Below, one piece after another: positions 29,277 to 42,000 of a stretch of DNA of 64,000 bases. Within the stretch, counting starts at the first letter, position 1. Every line of letters starts with the position of its first letter. The position numbers were made by a program, and so were the translations under genes. Source of the DNA: Trichosphaerium sp. ATCC 40318 (taxonomy: Eukaryota > Protista > Tubulinea); contig JALMLS010000304.1 in NCBI GenBank assembly GCA_038496445.1, positions 186,001-250,000 on the forward strand. Direction: 5' to 3'. The notes beneath the pieces are model-generated. The model was not told the DNA's origin. It did not search any database and saw nothing but the letters and a program-made list of their open reading frames with translations.

Positions 29277-31666
29277 ATGGAAAAAGACAGCCCGTCGTAC
29301 GTTACAGTTTACTTGCCTGTATTGACTAAATAAGGGCTGCTTACACCAAACAAATGAACCAACATGGTAGAGACGCTGGGAATATCTCGTACAAGCTTTA
29401 CCGCCAATTTAGTTTATTTACAAACCGTTGTAGATCAATTGCGTCAACTCTGGGCCCCTACAATAGCGTAGAGTCTGATGGTATGGTTGTCGAGCGTAAT
29501 ATACCTGATTATTGTTAGGAAACCCGCCAGATACACCTAGAAGGCTTATACGCAAAATAACAACCACTGGACGGCCAGATGACGTGCCATTATCGCGCCC
29601 AAAGAACCTAAACGCCAACAACTTAACAATACCAACTGGCCTATTAGACTTACAATTACCAACACCAGGAGCGATCCTTTCGTTGGCGATCCACGTGAAT
29701 CACATGAATACGCTTTACAGCCTCAGAATACACCTGAGAACGTAAAAGTACTTCTAAACGTCCTGCCAGCAGTACGACCTTTCTATAACCTCATAACTGA
29801 ACGCTGAACTGTTCATTTTAGAAATCGCAAATATCAAACATTGGGAGCACTACAGGTATCTCTGATAGTACTCTTTAGCTTTGTTATATTAATGAAGCTT
29901 TCCTTAGAGCTGTCTGAAGCTGAGATACGTATTGGTGAAGTAGCAGATGTTGAAAGTGAATTTCAAGCTTTAGAAGAACGCAGTTCAACTTTATCTTATC
30001 TTAATAATTCATCAAGTACTCCTCCTCGTGTATCTAATGATGAAAAACATGCTGCCCAGTTGCGCCTTGCTGAAGAGAATCGTGAGCGCGAAATAGCTGA
30101 TAAGCTTCGTCAACAAGAACAGGAGCGTGCTGAGAAAGAAGAAGTGGAGAAGAAGAAAAAAGAAGAACAAAAGAAGAAAGCTGAAGAAGAAGAAGCCAAG
30201 CGTGTTGATCTTGCTAAAAAACAAGCAGAGCTTGCTAAAGTTGAGGCTGCAAAAAAGAAAGAAGCTGAGAAAAGAGAAGCCGAGGAACGGAAGAGAAGGT
30301 TGCAAGAAGAGCAAAAGAAGAAGGAAGAGGAAGAAGAAAGGTTGCGTAAACAAGATGAGGAGAATAGACTTGAAGCGTTGGCGGAGGAGAAACGTATTAC
30401 AAGCGAGAGGGTAGCTAGACAGCGCAAGGAGGCTGCTAGACTAGCAGCTCAGAAAGACAAAGAAGAAAAAGAAAAACGTGCTCAGGATGATAAGGAAGAG
30501 AGTGATAATGTTGCTGAGGCTGAAGATGAGGAACAAGATCATGTTGACGAGGTTAGAAGAAAGAAAGAACAAAATGAAGTTCGTAGAAAAAGACTTGAAG
30601 CTATTGATAAAGAAAAAAAACGGAAACGTGATTTAGTAGAAGCTTCACAACAACAGTACGGACTTCACTTAGGTTTTTATCAATAAATAAATACTAGGCA
30701 ATCTGCACAAAAGAAAAGAAGGATAAGCGAGAGCCGTCCTATTCAAGAAGAAGATGTACGTTCAATTGGTTTTGTGTTATGAAAGTTTAGTTTGTTGACT
30801 TATTCTACTTTGTAGCCTGTCTTTCCTGATGATCCTGGATTTGTTGCTGAACCTAGAGATGATGTTGAACCTTTACCAGTTAACTTGGATGATATTGTAG
30901 CTGTAAATACTCCTACACCAGAAGTCTTTGGTTTTGATGAAAGTGCATTGACACGCTTACCTCAAAGTGTTAATAAGTTCATAAACCCGAATAAGAATAT
31001 TCGAAAATTCAACTTCGATATCGACCTACCCTTCACACCTTATAAACCTCAAACTGTAGAAAAGGATGATGGTATACAAGAGACTCCTCAGGTAGAGGAA
31101 AAACCTCAAGTAAGTACATTTGTTGGATGCTTTTGATAGTTTACTAAAACATTTTTTTGTTGTAGGGTGTTAGTAGGAAACGAAGAGGTCCTTCTTCTAG
31201 AAATGTTGGTGGTCCTTTAAAAAAACAGAAAGTTATTTCATCGTTACCTTGTAAATTAACTGAGAGGCTTTTAAAGAAACATCTTGGTAAGCTACCATCG
31301 AAGGAGCCTTTGGAAGCCATAATGGAAGGGTACTTTTTTTTTCTTATTTTCTTCTTCGTTTTTTTGACTCTTTGGTTTTCTTGTAGTTGTGAGACTTATT
31401 GGAAGAACATGTGTACAGATGTATCTAATATTACAAAACAGAATAAGCGTAAGACAGTTAATGAAACTGACTTTGAGATGTTGTTTGAAAGGTATCTTTT
31501 TTTTTTTTTTCCTTTTTGTTATTAACCTGAATGAAACAGGCAGCATTTGACAGATAATAAAGAGTTATATGACCTTGTCAGAGAGTATTTATCACCAGAG
31601 ATAAGATCAAAAATTATACCTTGTGCTTATGCTGGTGGTCAAGTGTATCCCAAAAATCATAACTGA
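29277..31666 (+). CDS. CENPT: CENP-T-like kinetochore protein with central coiled coil
   Basis: C-terminal histone fold and extension YWKNMCTDV...KRKTVNETDFEMLFER...LVREYLSPEIRSKIIPCAYAGGQVYP, matching the CENP-T tail pattern; N-terminal DTPRRLIRKI. Internal splicing near 29600-29900 is uncertain. Confidence 0.8.
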
Positions 31667-32081
31667 GAAAAAAGAAAAAAAAAAAAAAGGAAGAAAAAGA
31701 GAAACCAACCAAGCACATAAAAAATTGTAAATAAACTAATGATCATGGCTCTTTGAAATCGAGTTGTAACTTAGAAATTAACGTTGTAGGTTTTAGCTAC
31801 CTTATTTAAGGATTATTACATTTCTCCTACAATGCCGGTTTCACTTCGCGAAAAAGTTTGAATACAATAAAAGACTGTAATTTGACTTAATCGACTCCTT
31901 CTCAGCCGTAGAAATAATAATAATACGACTTGACTAGAGAGCTTACGATTCTGACCTCAAAGGAATCTATCTGTCTCAATCATTCCCAATTCTCCGTTCC
32001 TTTTTAGTCAACATAATTCTCAATCCACGTGGAACACAACTACTAAAGGGAATTAACCTATACGACATAGTTTATCAACAA

Positions 32082-33068
32082 ATGAGTTTAATCCAGCTAC
32101 CTACGGAGATATTAGCCCACATCTTGCTTCAAACAACGAAAGCGCGGTTTGCAGCTTGTCAAACCTGCCATTGTATTGCTTCAATCATTCATGATATTAT
32201 TGGATACGAAGCAGTGACAATTACAAATATCTCACAAGTGCAGTTGCTTTTAAAACACTCCAGCACTCTTCAGAAAACAAAAATCATGCTCTCAGGACTT
32301 TATTTGGATGATAACACGATCAAACTATTTGCTGGAGCTCATACTATTATTTTCGATAACACTAGAGTAACAGATGAAGGTGTTAAAGCACTTGCTGGAG
32401 TTCATACTATTTGTCTCAGTGGCCTTCCAGTAACAGATGAAGTTGTTAAAGCGCTCGCTGGAGTTTATGCTATAGACCTTACTAATTGTATGAAAGTAAC
32501 TGACAAAGGTGTCAAAGCACTTGCTGGAGTACATACTATTCGTTTAACTAACACTAGAGTAACAGATGAAGGTGTTAAAGCACTTGCTGGAGTTCATACT
32601 ATTTGTCTCAGTAGCACTCCAGTAACAGATGAAGGCGTTAAAGCACTTGCTGGAGTACACACAGTTAACCTCACTTTTTGTAAGGAAGTTGGAGATGAAG
32701 GTGTTAAAGCGCTCGCTGGAGTTTATGAGATAGACCTTACTAATTGTATGAATGTAACTGACAAAGGTGTCAAAGCACTTGCTGGAGTACATACAATTTG
32801 TCTCATTGGATGTAAGAAAGTGACTGATGAAGGTGTTAAAGCACTTGCTGGAGTACATACAATTGACCTTACTTTTGCTAGAGTAACGGATGAAGGTGTT
32901 AAAGCGCTTACTGGAGTTCATACTATTTGTCTCATTGGATGTGAAGTGACTGATGAAGGTGTTAAAGCACTTGTTGGAGTACATAATATTGATGTTCGTA
33001 TGACTTCAGTAACTGATGAATGTATTAAAGCACTTGGAGTACATACTTGGGCAAGTATTTTGAAGTAA
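32082..33068 (+). CDS. F-box-like + leucine-rich-repeat protein (intronless)
   Basis: N-terminal LPTEILAHIL, then about 11 repeats of VTDEGVKALAGVHTIxL. Confidence 0.88.
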   Translation: MSLIQLPTEILAHILLQTTKARFAACQTCHCIASIIHDIIGYEAVTITNISQVQLLLKHSSTLQKTKIMLSGLYLDDNTIKLFAGAHTIIFDNTRVTDEGVKALAGVHTICLSGLPVTDEVVKALAGVYAIDLTNCMKVTDKGVKALAGVHTIRLTNTRVTDEGVKALAGVHTICLSSTPVTDEGVKALAGVHTVNLTFCKEVGDEGVKALAGVYEIDLTNCMNVTDKGVKALAGVHTICLIGCKKVTDEGVKALAGVHTIDLTFARVTDEGVKALTGVHTICLIGCEVTDEGVKALVGVHNIDVRMTSVTDECIKALGVHTWASILK

Positions 33069-33612
33069 GAGGTTTTTTTAAATGCCTTCTTTGACATTTA
33101 GTGTTAAATGGCTGGGAACAAAGTACGGCTCACAATTATAATAATAAAAATGTTTTTGTGGTATGCACGTGTCAAATATTTTATTGGTCTAAGTACTTAA
33201 AAAGGAGAAAATAAAAATAGCGATTTTAGTTTCATCAGTAAAAACAAGATTCTGGCTCCTTTTTCAGATTGAGACTATGTACTTGAAGCCACCCAAATCT
33301 ACCTCCAAGCGTTCAGTAACTGACAGCTTGTTGGGTCAATGTTTATTGCCTTTAATATTGTTGTAACCGAAGAAGGGTTAAAGTTTAATTGGGATCAACA
33401 TATTTAAAAGCGCAACTATGTGAGTGTTTAAGCAAGGGCTCCCTCATAACACTATAAGAGCAAGGAGAAAGTATAAAATAAATGTAATTCTTAACTAGCA
33501 AGCACGCACTGTACAATAGTTCTGTGATAGCAGAGAATTAGTAATAAGGATGGTCTCACATGTCTCATTGGTTTTTATTTTACAATACACTAGCCTGCCA
33601 CGTGTCAATCTT

Positions 33613-36600
33613 TCAGGAATTGTTGAGTGATACAAGATAGTGTGGATAAGCTCTGCTGTTTTCAAAGATAGCATAGATTATCCCTTTTGAATTTATAGAT
33701 ACCATGGAACATGAATCACATCTAGTGTTTCCATAAAGGTATTCAGGGCGAACAAGTTCGCGGTTACCACTCCCTGTAATGCCAATAATAACTAAAACTG
33801 CTTAGCTACAATAATTCTTAAATAAAAAACGCGTACCATCAGCAATAAACATTTGAGAAGAGCTTCCAACATAGTCTTAATAAGAAGTGTAAGTATCAAC
33901 AATGAGCTTATGAAGGTTACCTAGTGAGTACTCTGATTTTTCCGCAAAGTAAATACCTTTCCCAAGAAGACCATTATTCGCAAGCCTATGATATCTGTCA
34001 GTGGAGAGCAACGTAATGAATCTCGTGATGATATTGTTAGGTACCTGACATCAAATCCATCTTTTCCATCATACATCTTTGTTGGATCGTTACTCCTTGT
34101 ACCATGGAATAGTCGTTTGACATTCGCATCTCCTCCATTTTTCTCAGAAACCAAATCACATTGGTTTTTGAACCTTTTCCAAAGATACTTGTTTTGTATC
34201 CTTTGAATACTTGAAACACTGCAACCAGGCATCATTTGAATCAATTACCGGTACTCTGAAGAGTGGCTATAAACATAGTTATGTTTAAATTGAATAACAT
34301 TAAAGTACCTATCCAGATTAACAAGTAAGCTGTCAGTGCCATCCCAATGATCAGGAATATCGGAACCTTAACTTATTTTAATCGACTAGTCAAACTTCAA
34401 TTGTACATGTTTTTATCAAGCCTTCCAGCATAACAGAAGCCTCACTAACTTCACTTGATAACCCTGAAAGATTAAGTAATCCCTTCTCAATAGTACACTG
34501 CTTCAAAGTTAATTATGTTGTATGCGGCTATGAAATCAACGTGCCTTGGCATCTTTACTTGCAATGGTTGACAGCAATTGAACAAGTTTGTTTGAACCTT
34601 TCGTTTTGATTGTAAGTGACTTTGTTGTGTACTTACATTGAAGATCATCAAGTTTTTTTTCAGCTCTCTGAACACCAGCAGTCTTTCCAACAACAGTTAA
34701 CTTGACCTGTGTATTACTACCAGTACGATTTTCATCCTTGTAGGTGTACATGACATCACGCTCTTTGTTTGTAGTTGTGTTCCGTTGTACCATTTTGTCG
34801 AAATCAATTTCATACGTGTACTTACTCTTTACACCTTTGACAGTAATGACATTTGACTTTGTCTTTCCAAGTTTTATTCTAAATCTGAGCTTAGGAGAGA
34901 ACTGACACCAACTGACAAAAGACTCGTACTTTTTATAGTGTTCTTGAATGATGCTGTTTTGAGGTTCGCCATAGTTGATAAATGTGCCATCATTCTCTTG
35001 CCACTCCCATTGCATTGGACGAAGAAATTCTGAGTACTTTTTAACAGCCTCAGCAAACGCAACTATTGCTGTTATGTTCGTATCAACAAAGCGTATAACA
35101 TCAAACTTATGGGAAAGCGAACACATAGCACACACACGAACAATAGTGTCGCAACAAAATTCAAGAGGTACACCTCCTTTTCCACTACCAAGTGCTACTA
35201 TAGACAAGGTCTTATACCCGCAACTACGAGCAGCGCTATAAATTATTGTTAATGAAAAAAGTTGTTGTATCACGTGGCTTACATCAGCATGTTGTTGATT
35301 GAGATTTCAAAGATATGCTCATAATTCGCTTTGGTTGAAGATCGTATAGCGACTCGCATAACCTGAATCTGTTAAAAACAAAATAATAGTAAGTACACGT
35401 ACATCATATCCAAGAACTCCCTTAACCACAGATATATATTCAGTCAAATTAAATGATCTTTTACAGTCTTCGTCACTCAAGATTTCAGCTGCTTTGCTTC
35501 CTAACCGACTGGTTACAACAGGTTCTAAAGCTTCAAATATGTAGTTACCTGATGCTATAACCTTGCAGTCTGTTGTTTCATCATAAATATCTCCACACTG
35601 TACTTCAAAAAAAGTGTTATCTTCTTCACCTTTTTTAACACAAGGTGCTTTAAGGACAATCACGTTGCATCGCTTTTGTAGCTTCTTTAACTCTACAACA
35701 TATGTCAGTACTTATGTATTCTTTTATAACAAGCATACCTTCATTCTTATCAAGTAGTGCTGCTAAGCTTGAGTCTATTTCAAAATATTTCTCTTGTACA
35801 TCTTTCGGGACTGATAAACTTTTCAAGTTGTTACGGCATCTCAAAATTCCTTGCTTGAGCCCTCTCATAGCAATATAAAATGGAGCTACGTAAGACAATA
35901 AGGAAAAGATAATCAAAAACAAACAAGCAAATACTCACGTGTGTTAAGAGACAACATTAAATGTACACATTGTTGCAAACACATCTGCTCAATATCGGAT
36001 CGACAACGCCTCACAACAAACGCTTCTTTAGCTGAAAGGCTTAGATTAGTGGTAACCACTGCAACTAGATCCTTGACAGCAGCTATAGCTTTATCTGTGC
36101 TCCATTAGTAAGTATATCCAGCAACATCACAAGACGTACCAACTGCGGCTTTACCCAAACCAGATAGTTTCAACCCACCTCTACATAAGGTAAGGCTAAC
36201 ACCATTCATGTCATTTAGCTTAACGCCATCATCTGAATACTCCCACATTTCGCATAACTGGTTTCTTGTGAGTGGTATCTCTCGCTCACAAAGAGAGTAG
36301 TCTTGAAGAGTGACTATATCAACAGTTGTTGAGTTTCCCACTATTTTAATGCACCATTCGCCTACTTGTACTTAGGGACTTGGAACAAACGGTTTAACAT
36401 AATACCTCTGCCTTCTGCAACAGAAATAATAAGATCTTCATCTGAAAACACCTCTTCTTCAATATGTACGAGCTCCTTCAAACATGTGTAAGTACTGAGA
36501 TTGAGTTATTTATCATTACCTTTAGGAGAGCTTGCTTGTGAAACTCGTTTTGTATCTTAACATCTGTGGTATCCGCAATGATATCTTTGGTGAACTCATC

Positions 36601-38219
36601 AATCTTCTTTTTTTTCTCATTTATTTCTTTTTCTGTTCCTCGAAGAATTATGTAATCACTTCCGTATTGTAAGATCTCAATACCCGCCAAGTACTTTTTT
36701 GTATATTCGACTTTATAGTCAGCATAGTTATACTAAGGAAAATGAGTATGATCTGGTAGTACAAGTCATTTAAATGTACTTTTTTGGTTTGTATGACTTC
36801 AGAAATTCTATCTTCCAAATAGGTTTGTGCAAGATGCACTTCGCGTTGAGAAAATCCTAAGAAATAATGAGCTTGGTACTAAAGTTGATAAGCTCAACCT
36901 TCTATTTCTATTGTAGTTTTATTCATAGTCGCCACGTGTACACCATAGTTTGACCCAACAAAATCTATACCGAGTAAACAAAAGAATATAAAACAGAAAG
37001 TGTACTGAATAAGTGAGATATCGCCGCTCCAGCTTGTTTGTTCAATGTTATTGTCGCTCGCACTAATTTAGACTCAAAGTAGTCTTCGATACTCTTCTTG
37101 GCTTGTGCAACATTTATCTTTGGTCCAGCGAGAACCAAGATTGTACTCTTTGATTTACAAGCAAGAGTTACTCCTATATTTGCGTTAATTAAGCCTCCTA
37201 GTTTGACATGCGAGCAACCTTTATATCTTTCTAAAATTTGCAATATCGTATTTTTGTGTGGTAGTAGTCTATTCCCTGTCAACGCTGGATGGATCTAACA
37301 GCACTGTCACGTTTTTGAAATGATAAAGTATAAATGCACTTACTTTGATTGATGCAGTATCCTTCCCAATATCCAAGATTATATGTTGTCTACAATCGTT
37401 GACATCTTTCTTAAACCCAGATACAATCAATTCTCTTTTTGTACTTGTTATGACAACTGAGTACGTTTGTTCAAGCTTTTTTAAGCTACAATCAATACTA
37501 TTAGATGTAAACAAGTAAAGGGAATGTACTCACTCAAGTGAAGTATCTGTCTTAGCACCGAACTTGAAAGCAACTACCAATTCGAGTTGTTGAGGTAGTT
37601 TTTTCAACAGTAGCAACTTGTTGTGCATACAGCTGTTCTCGGACCTGACCTAATAGACTGTAAACTCATTAAGTTAAATGCTACACGTACAGTACATCGG
37701 TACGAAGACCCGATGATCCTTTGTCTACCAAGCAGGGTGAGAATGAAAGCAAAATACTATTTACATACTTTTCTTCAATACGAAAATCACATGGTTGTGA
37801 AGACATCGCTTCCTTCGCCTTGAGCTTAAACACTTGCGATAATTGACTATCCATGTTAACACAGACACTCGATGTAATGACCACAGCATCCTTAATAGTT
37901 GCAGCTACCTTTGAAGCCGCTAATACCGTCAGTAGGTTCAAAGTAACTCTTGTCAAACCTTGTCCTTCTTTAAAGTTCACAATACAACAGTTATCGCTCC
38001 TTTCTTCAATAGACAAAATAGTACCTGTACAACGGCATTGATAACTTAAAAATTTAATCAGTTTTCACGTACCTGCGGTTTCCATTTCTTTACGATCCTT
38101 GGTGCTTACGACACCTCGTGGATACCATAGCGTCGATTTGCTATCTATCTAGCGTAAAATCATTAGTTTTTATTGGTAACGGCTTAAAACGTAGTCTAAA
38201 CACTTACGTTGTTGGTCAT
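33613..38219 (-). pseudogene. PARP14-like RRM/KH-macro-WWE-ART gene, copy 1, with an in-frame TAA at 34245-34247
   Basis: Macro (VQCGDIYDETTD, LSIVALGSGKGG), WWE (WEWQENDG...YEIDFDKMVQRN), ART (LFHGT, GKGIYFA, IYAIFENSRAYPHYLV). EYR*LIQMM aligns with EYQNILQMM in copy 2. Confidence 0.7.
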
Positions 38220-38320
38220 TGAAGCGTTTCAAGTTGCTGCACTTAGTGTACACATTCAACAAATGTCTTTCTTGTACCAAGCACTTTCAGAGAGTTTTCT
38301 CTAGAGGTGGCAAATACCGG

Positions 38321-38380
38321 TCCGATACCGGTCCGGTTTCAATATATCGGTTTGCGGTCCGTAACCGGTCCGTGATTTAG
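38321..38380. repeat. GC-rich cluster of ACCGGTCCG-type short repeats, possibly a DNA-transposon end relic
   Basis: TAGAGGTGGCAAAT followed by ACCGGTCCG x3 and CGGTTT variants in an AT-rich intergenic region; no partner TIR found. Confidence 0.4.
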
Positions 38381-39045
38381 AACAAGAGCAGTATTCATTC
38401 AGTGAATAACAATATAAGTGGCTTCTTTTTGAACCACCACTCACTTTATTTTGAATAAAAGTAGCCTGAAACGCCTTAAAATTGAGAGTTCTACACATAG
38501 AGTGGTTGAAAGCCCTCAATGAGCCCGTTTTAACAAAATTAAGTTTAGCGCGGTAAAACAAGGTCACGCTGGCCTAACCACTACTTTTTTTGAGTCAAAA
38601 TGTGCCTGTGGTGACGTTATTTTGACATTTGGACAAAATCACGTGATGTTACGTACTTTCATACACTTTCACCCAAACATCTTTTTATCACTTTGTGCGC
38701 GTAGAGCAACTTATCAAGTGCATTGCTTACGCGAAATAATAGTGTTGATACTTGTTTTGTTCTTTTGTTTTAGTTGTGTCGTATAACTTTAGTTACGTTA
38801 ACCAATTCAAAGAATTGTCAAGTTTTACTTAGAGTAAGCGTGTTATTTAAACTGGAGATCTGTTTTTTGTTTCAACTGTACTTACAAAATGTACTCTTAA
38901 CAATTTTTTGTTGTGGGATGAATCACAACATTTGGTCTAGGTGCTTCTTCCCTGGACGAATTTTACTAATTAGAAAGACATTGTAAAGTACAAGCAAGGA
39001 ATGAGAATTCTAATTTATTAACTAGTGGTAAGGCATATTGCTTGA

Positions 39046-42000
39046 TCAAATATTGAGTGTTACTAGGTAGTGCGGATAAGCTCTGCTATTCTCAAAGATA
39101 GCATAGATTCTCCCTTTTCTAGATACCTTGGTGCAAGAATCATATCTATCGTTTCCTACACGTCTAGGACGAACAAGATCCATTGAGCCTTTGCTTGAAA
39201 CGCCAATTATTACTAAAAAGTGTTTAATCACTTTGTTTTAGCACTCATAAGCACGTACCATCAGCAATAAACATTTGAGAAGAGCTTCCAACATAGTCTT
39301 AATAAGAAGTGTAAGTATCAACAATGAGTTTATGAAGGTTACCTAGTGAGTACTCTGATTTTTCCGCAAAGTAAATACCTTTCCCAAGAAGACCATTATT
39401 TGCAAGCCTATGGTATCTGTCAGTGCAAGCAACGTTTGAATCAAGTGATTTAAAGTACCTGACATCAAATCCATCTTTTCCATCATACATTTCTTTTGGA
39501 TTGTTACTTCTTGTACCATGGAATAGTCGTTTGACATTTGCATCTCCTCCATTTTTCTCAGAAACCAAATCACATTGGTTTTTGAACCTTTTCCAAAGAT
39601 ATTTGTTTTGTATCCTTTGAATACTTGAAATACTGCAACCAGGCATCATTTGCAATATGTTTTGGTACTCAACAGAGAGGCTATTATTAAAGAGTTACTG
39701 TTAATCATAAGCTATAGCTAATACCTGCTCAAATTGATAAGTAATTGATCGGTTTCATCCCAATGATCCGGAAAAACAGAACCTGAAAAACCATCAGATT
39801 AGTAAAATACGAGCCTTCATTTTGTACTTGTTTTTATAAGTTCTGTCAACACAACAGAGGCTTTAGATACATCAGAAGCTAATCCAGAAATACTCAAGCG
39901 ACCGCCTTCGATTGCATACTACGTTTAGATTAATCCTACATACTTGTGAGTGAGCAACTTACCTTTGCGTTTGTAGTTGCTATTGTTGATAACAGTTCGT
40001 CAAGCTTGTTTGGTGTATTTGATTTGATAGTCACAGATTTGGTTGTGTACTTTTGTTGGAGATCACCTAGCGCACTCCCAGCCGCCTTGATATCAGCAGT
40101 GCTTCCAACAACAGTCAATTTGACCATGTCACGTTTCGGATTCTTTTTCTTATTGTATGTGTACACTATAGTACGTTCTTTGTTGGTAGTTGTGTTACGC
40201 TGTGTCATTTTATTGAAATCAACTTCGTAGTTGTAAGTATACTTTGTTGCTACACCATGAGAGCCGGTGACCATAAAAGGAGCTGTTGGAATTTTCCCAA
40301 GTTCCATCCTTGAATGTATTAGCTCGAAAATCAAACGTGGTACTTACTCTTTAAAGTGGTCTTGAATGATTCTGTTTTGCGTTTCGTAATAGTTGACAAA
40401 TGTACCATCATTTTCTTTCCACTGCCACTGCATTGGATGAAGGAGGTCCGAATACTTCTTAACTGCTTTAGTGAACGCTTCAACCGCCTTTGGGTTTGTG
40501 TCAACAAGCCGTATAGTGTCAACCTTGTTGTCAAGCAAATACAAAGTACAAAGCCGGACAATAGTGTCACAACAAAACTCAATAGGGAATAAAGCTCTGC
40601 CACCACCAAGGGCGAGTATAGACAAGGACTTATATCCGTTGCAACAATCCCTATTTAGTGTCAGTACGATAATTCTTGTGAGACAGAGTGTACCTCAAAA
40701 CCGTATTGATTCTCTCTTCATAAACTAGTTTACTCTGTTCGTTTATTCTTCTTGGGATTTTAACGCACAAAACCTAAACATAGTTTTTAGGAAATTATGT
40801 AAGATTTTGATCATCTATATTACATCGTGTCCTAGAACGCCTTTTGCCCTCCATGTATTCTCGTTCAGTTTAGATGTTGTTTTCCCTTGTGATTGATAAT
40901 CCCGTAAGGTTTCAGATGCTTTGCTTCCTACCGACTGATTAAAAACCCAATCGCACAAAATAGCCACCTGATGCCATAATCTTACAGTCCGTTGTTTCAT
41001 CATAAATATCTCCACACTGTACTTTAAATGGTGTTTTATGATCTTCAGCGCTGTGAGTTTTTTGGTTGATTCTGGGAGTCTTATTCGTAGTATCAAACGC
41101 AATCACATTGTACTGGGCCTGAAGCTTTTTGAACTCTAATTTGAATGAGATTGTTTTACATAGCTACTAATCACCTTCGTTTTTGTGGAGTAGTGCTGCA
41201 GTGGTAGTAGACATTTCAAAACTCTTCTCTTCAATGTTTAGCTTTTGTGATTTCAATAAACTATACAAAGCAGTTTCGCATCTCTTCAGTCCTTGTGAGA
41301 CACCTGTCATGGATATCCAAAAAGGCGCTTAAATAAAATCAACATTTATCGTTTTAACTGCTAGATTTAAACGCACGTGTTTCAAGAGAGGACGTCCACT
41401 GCACACAATATTCTATTGCAAGTTTATCAATATCAGATTGGGTTTCCCTAAGTAAAAACGCTTCTACAGCTGTAAGGTCTCGCTGTATAGTTTTTACAGA
41501 TGTTAGAGATTTCACAGCCGCAACTGCTTTGTCTATGCATGATATTAGATATCTCTTTTCCCTAAAAAGTTGGTACCAACTGGCGGTTTGCCTAACCCCG
41601 CTACTACTATTCCTTGCCGTTTTAAGGTAAGCAAGACACGAGACATCTCTGGGCTGGTCTTATTTAGTTGATCTCTATTATTCAACAGTTCCCACATCGC
41701 AAATGACTGATTTCGTGATAGTACAACTTCCTTCTCGTAAAACGAATAATCCTGCAGCGTAATAATGGAAACATCAGTTGAATCTCCTATGATATCTATA
41801 ACCCATGCATCTATGCGTTGTTACTATATATTATAAGTAATAAACCAGTACCTTTCTTCTCTGTCCTTGTAATGATAAGATTCACTTTTAAGAATATTTC
41901 TTTTTCCATGTGCTCAAACTCCTGTAGAAAATGTGAGTTACGCTCTCTCCTGTTTTTTTGTATATTAATACCTTTGAAAGTAGTTGCTTGTGAGTATCAT

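Noticed and set aside
30012-30427. Antisense and alternate-frame ORFs over the CENP-T coiled coil
   Set aside because: Shadows of low-complexity GAA/AAG-rich coding sequence.
29277-31666. Link between CDEI-like CACGTG sites and the CENP-T gene (point centromere)
   Set aside because: The motifs are dispersed across all genes with no CDEII/CDEIII-like structure, so the proximity is uninformative.
32325-32984. CRISPR-like array or antisense repeat proteins
   Set aside because: The repeats are in-frame LRR codons of the plus-strand gene; there are no unique spacers or cas genes.
37488-37535. Apparent 1 nt frameshift in PARP copy 1 relative to copy 2
   Set aside because: It lies within an intron (GTGAGT...CTAAT...TAG on the minus strand) present in both copies.
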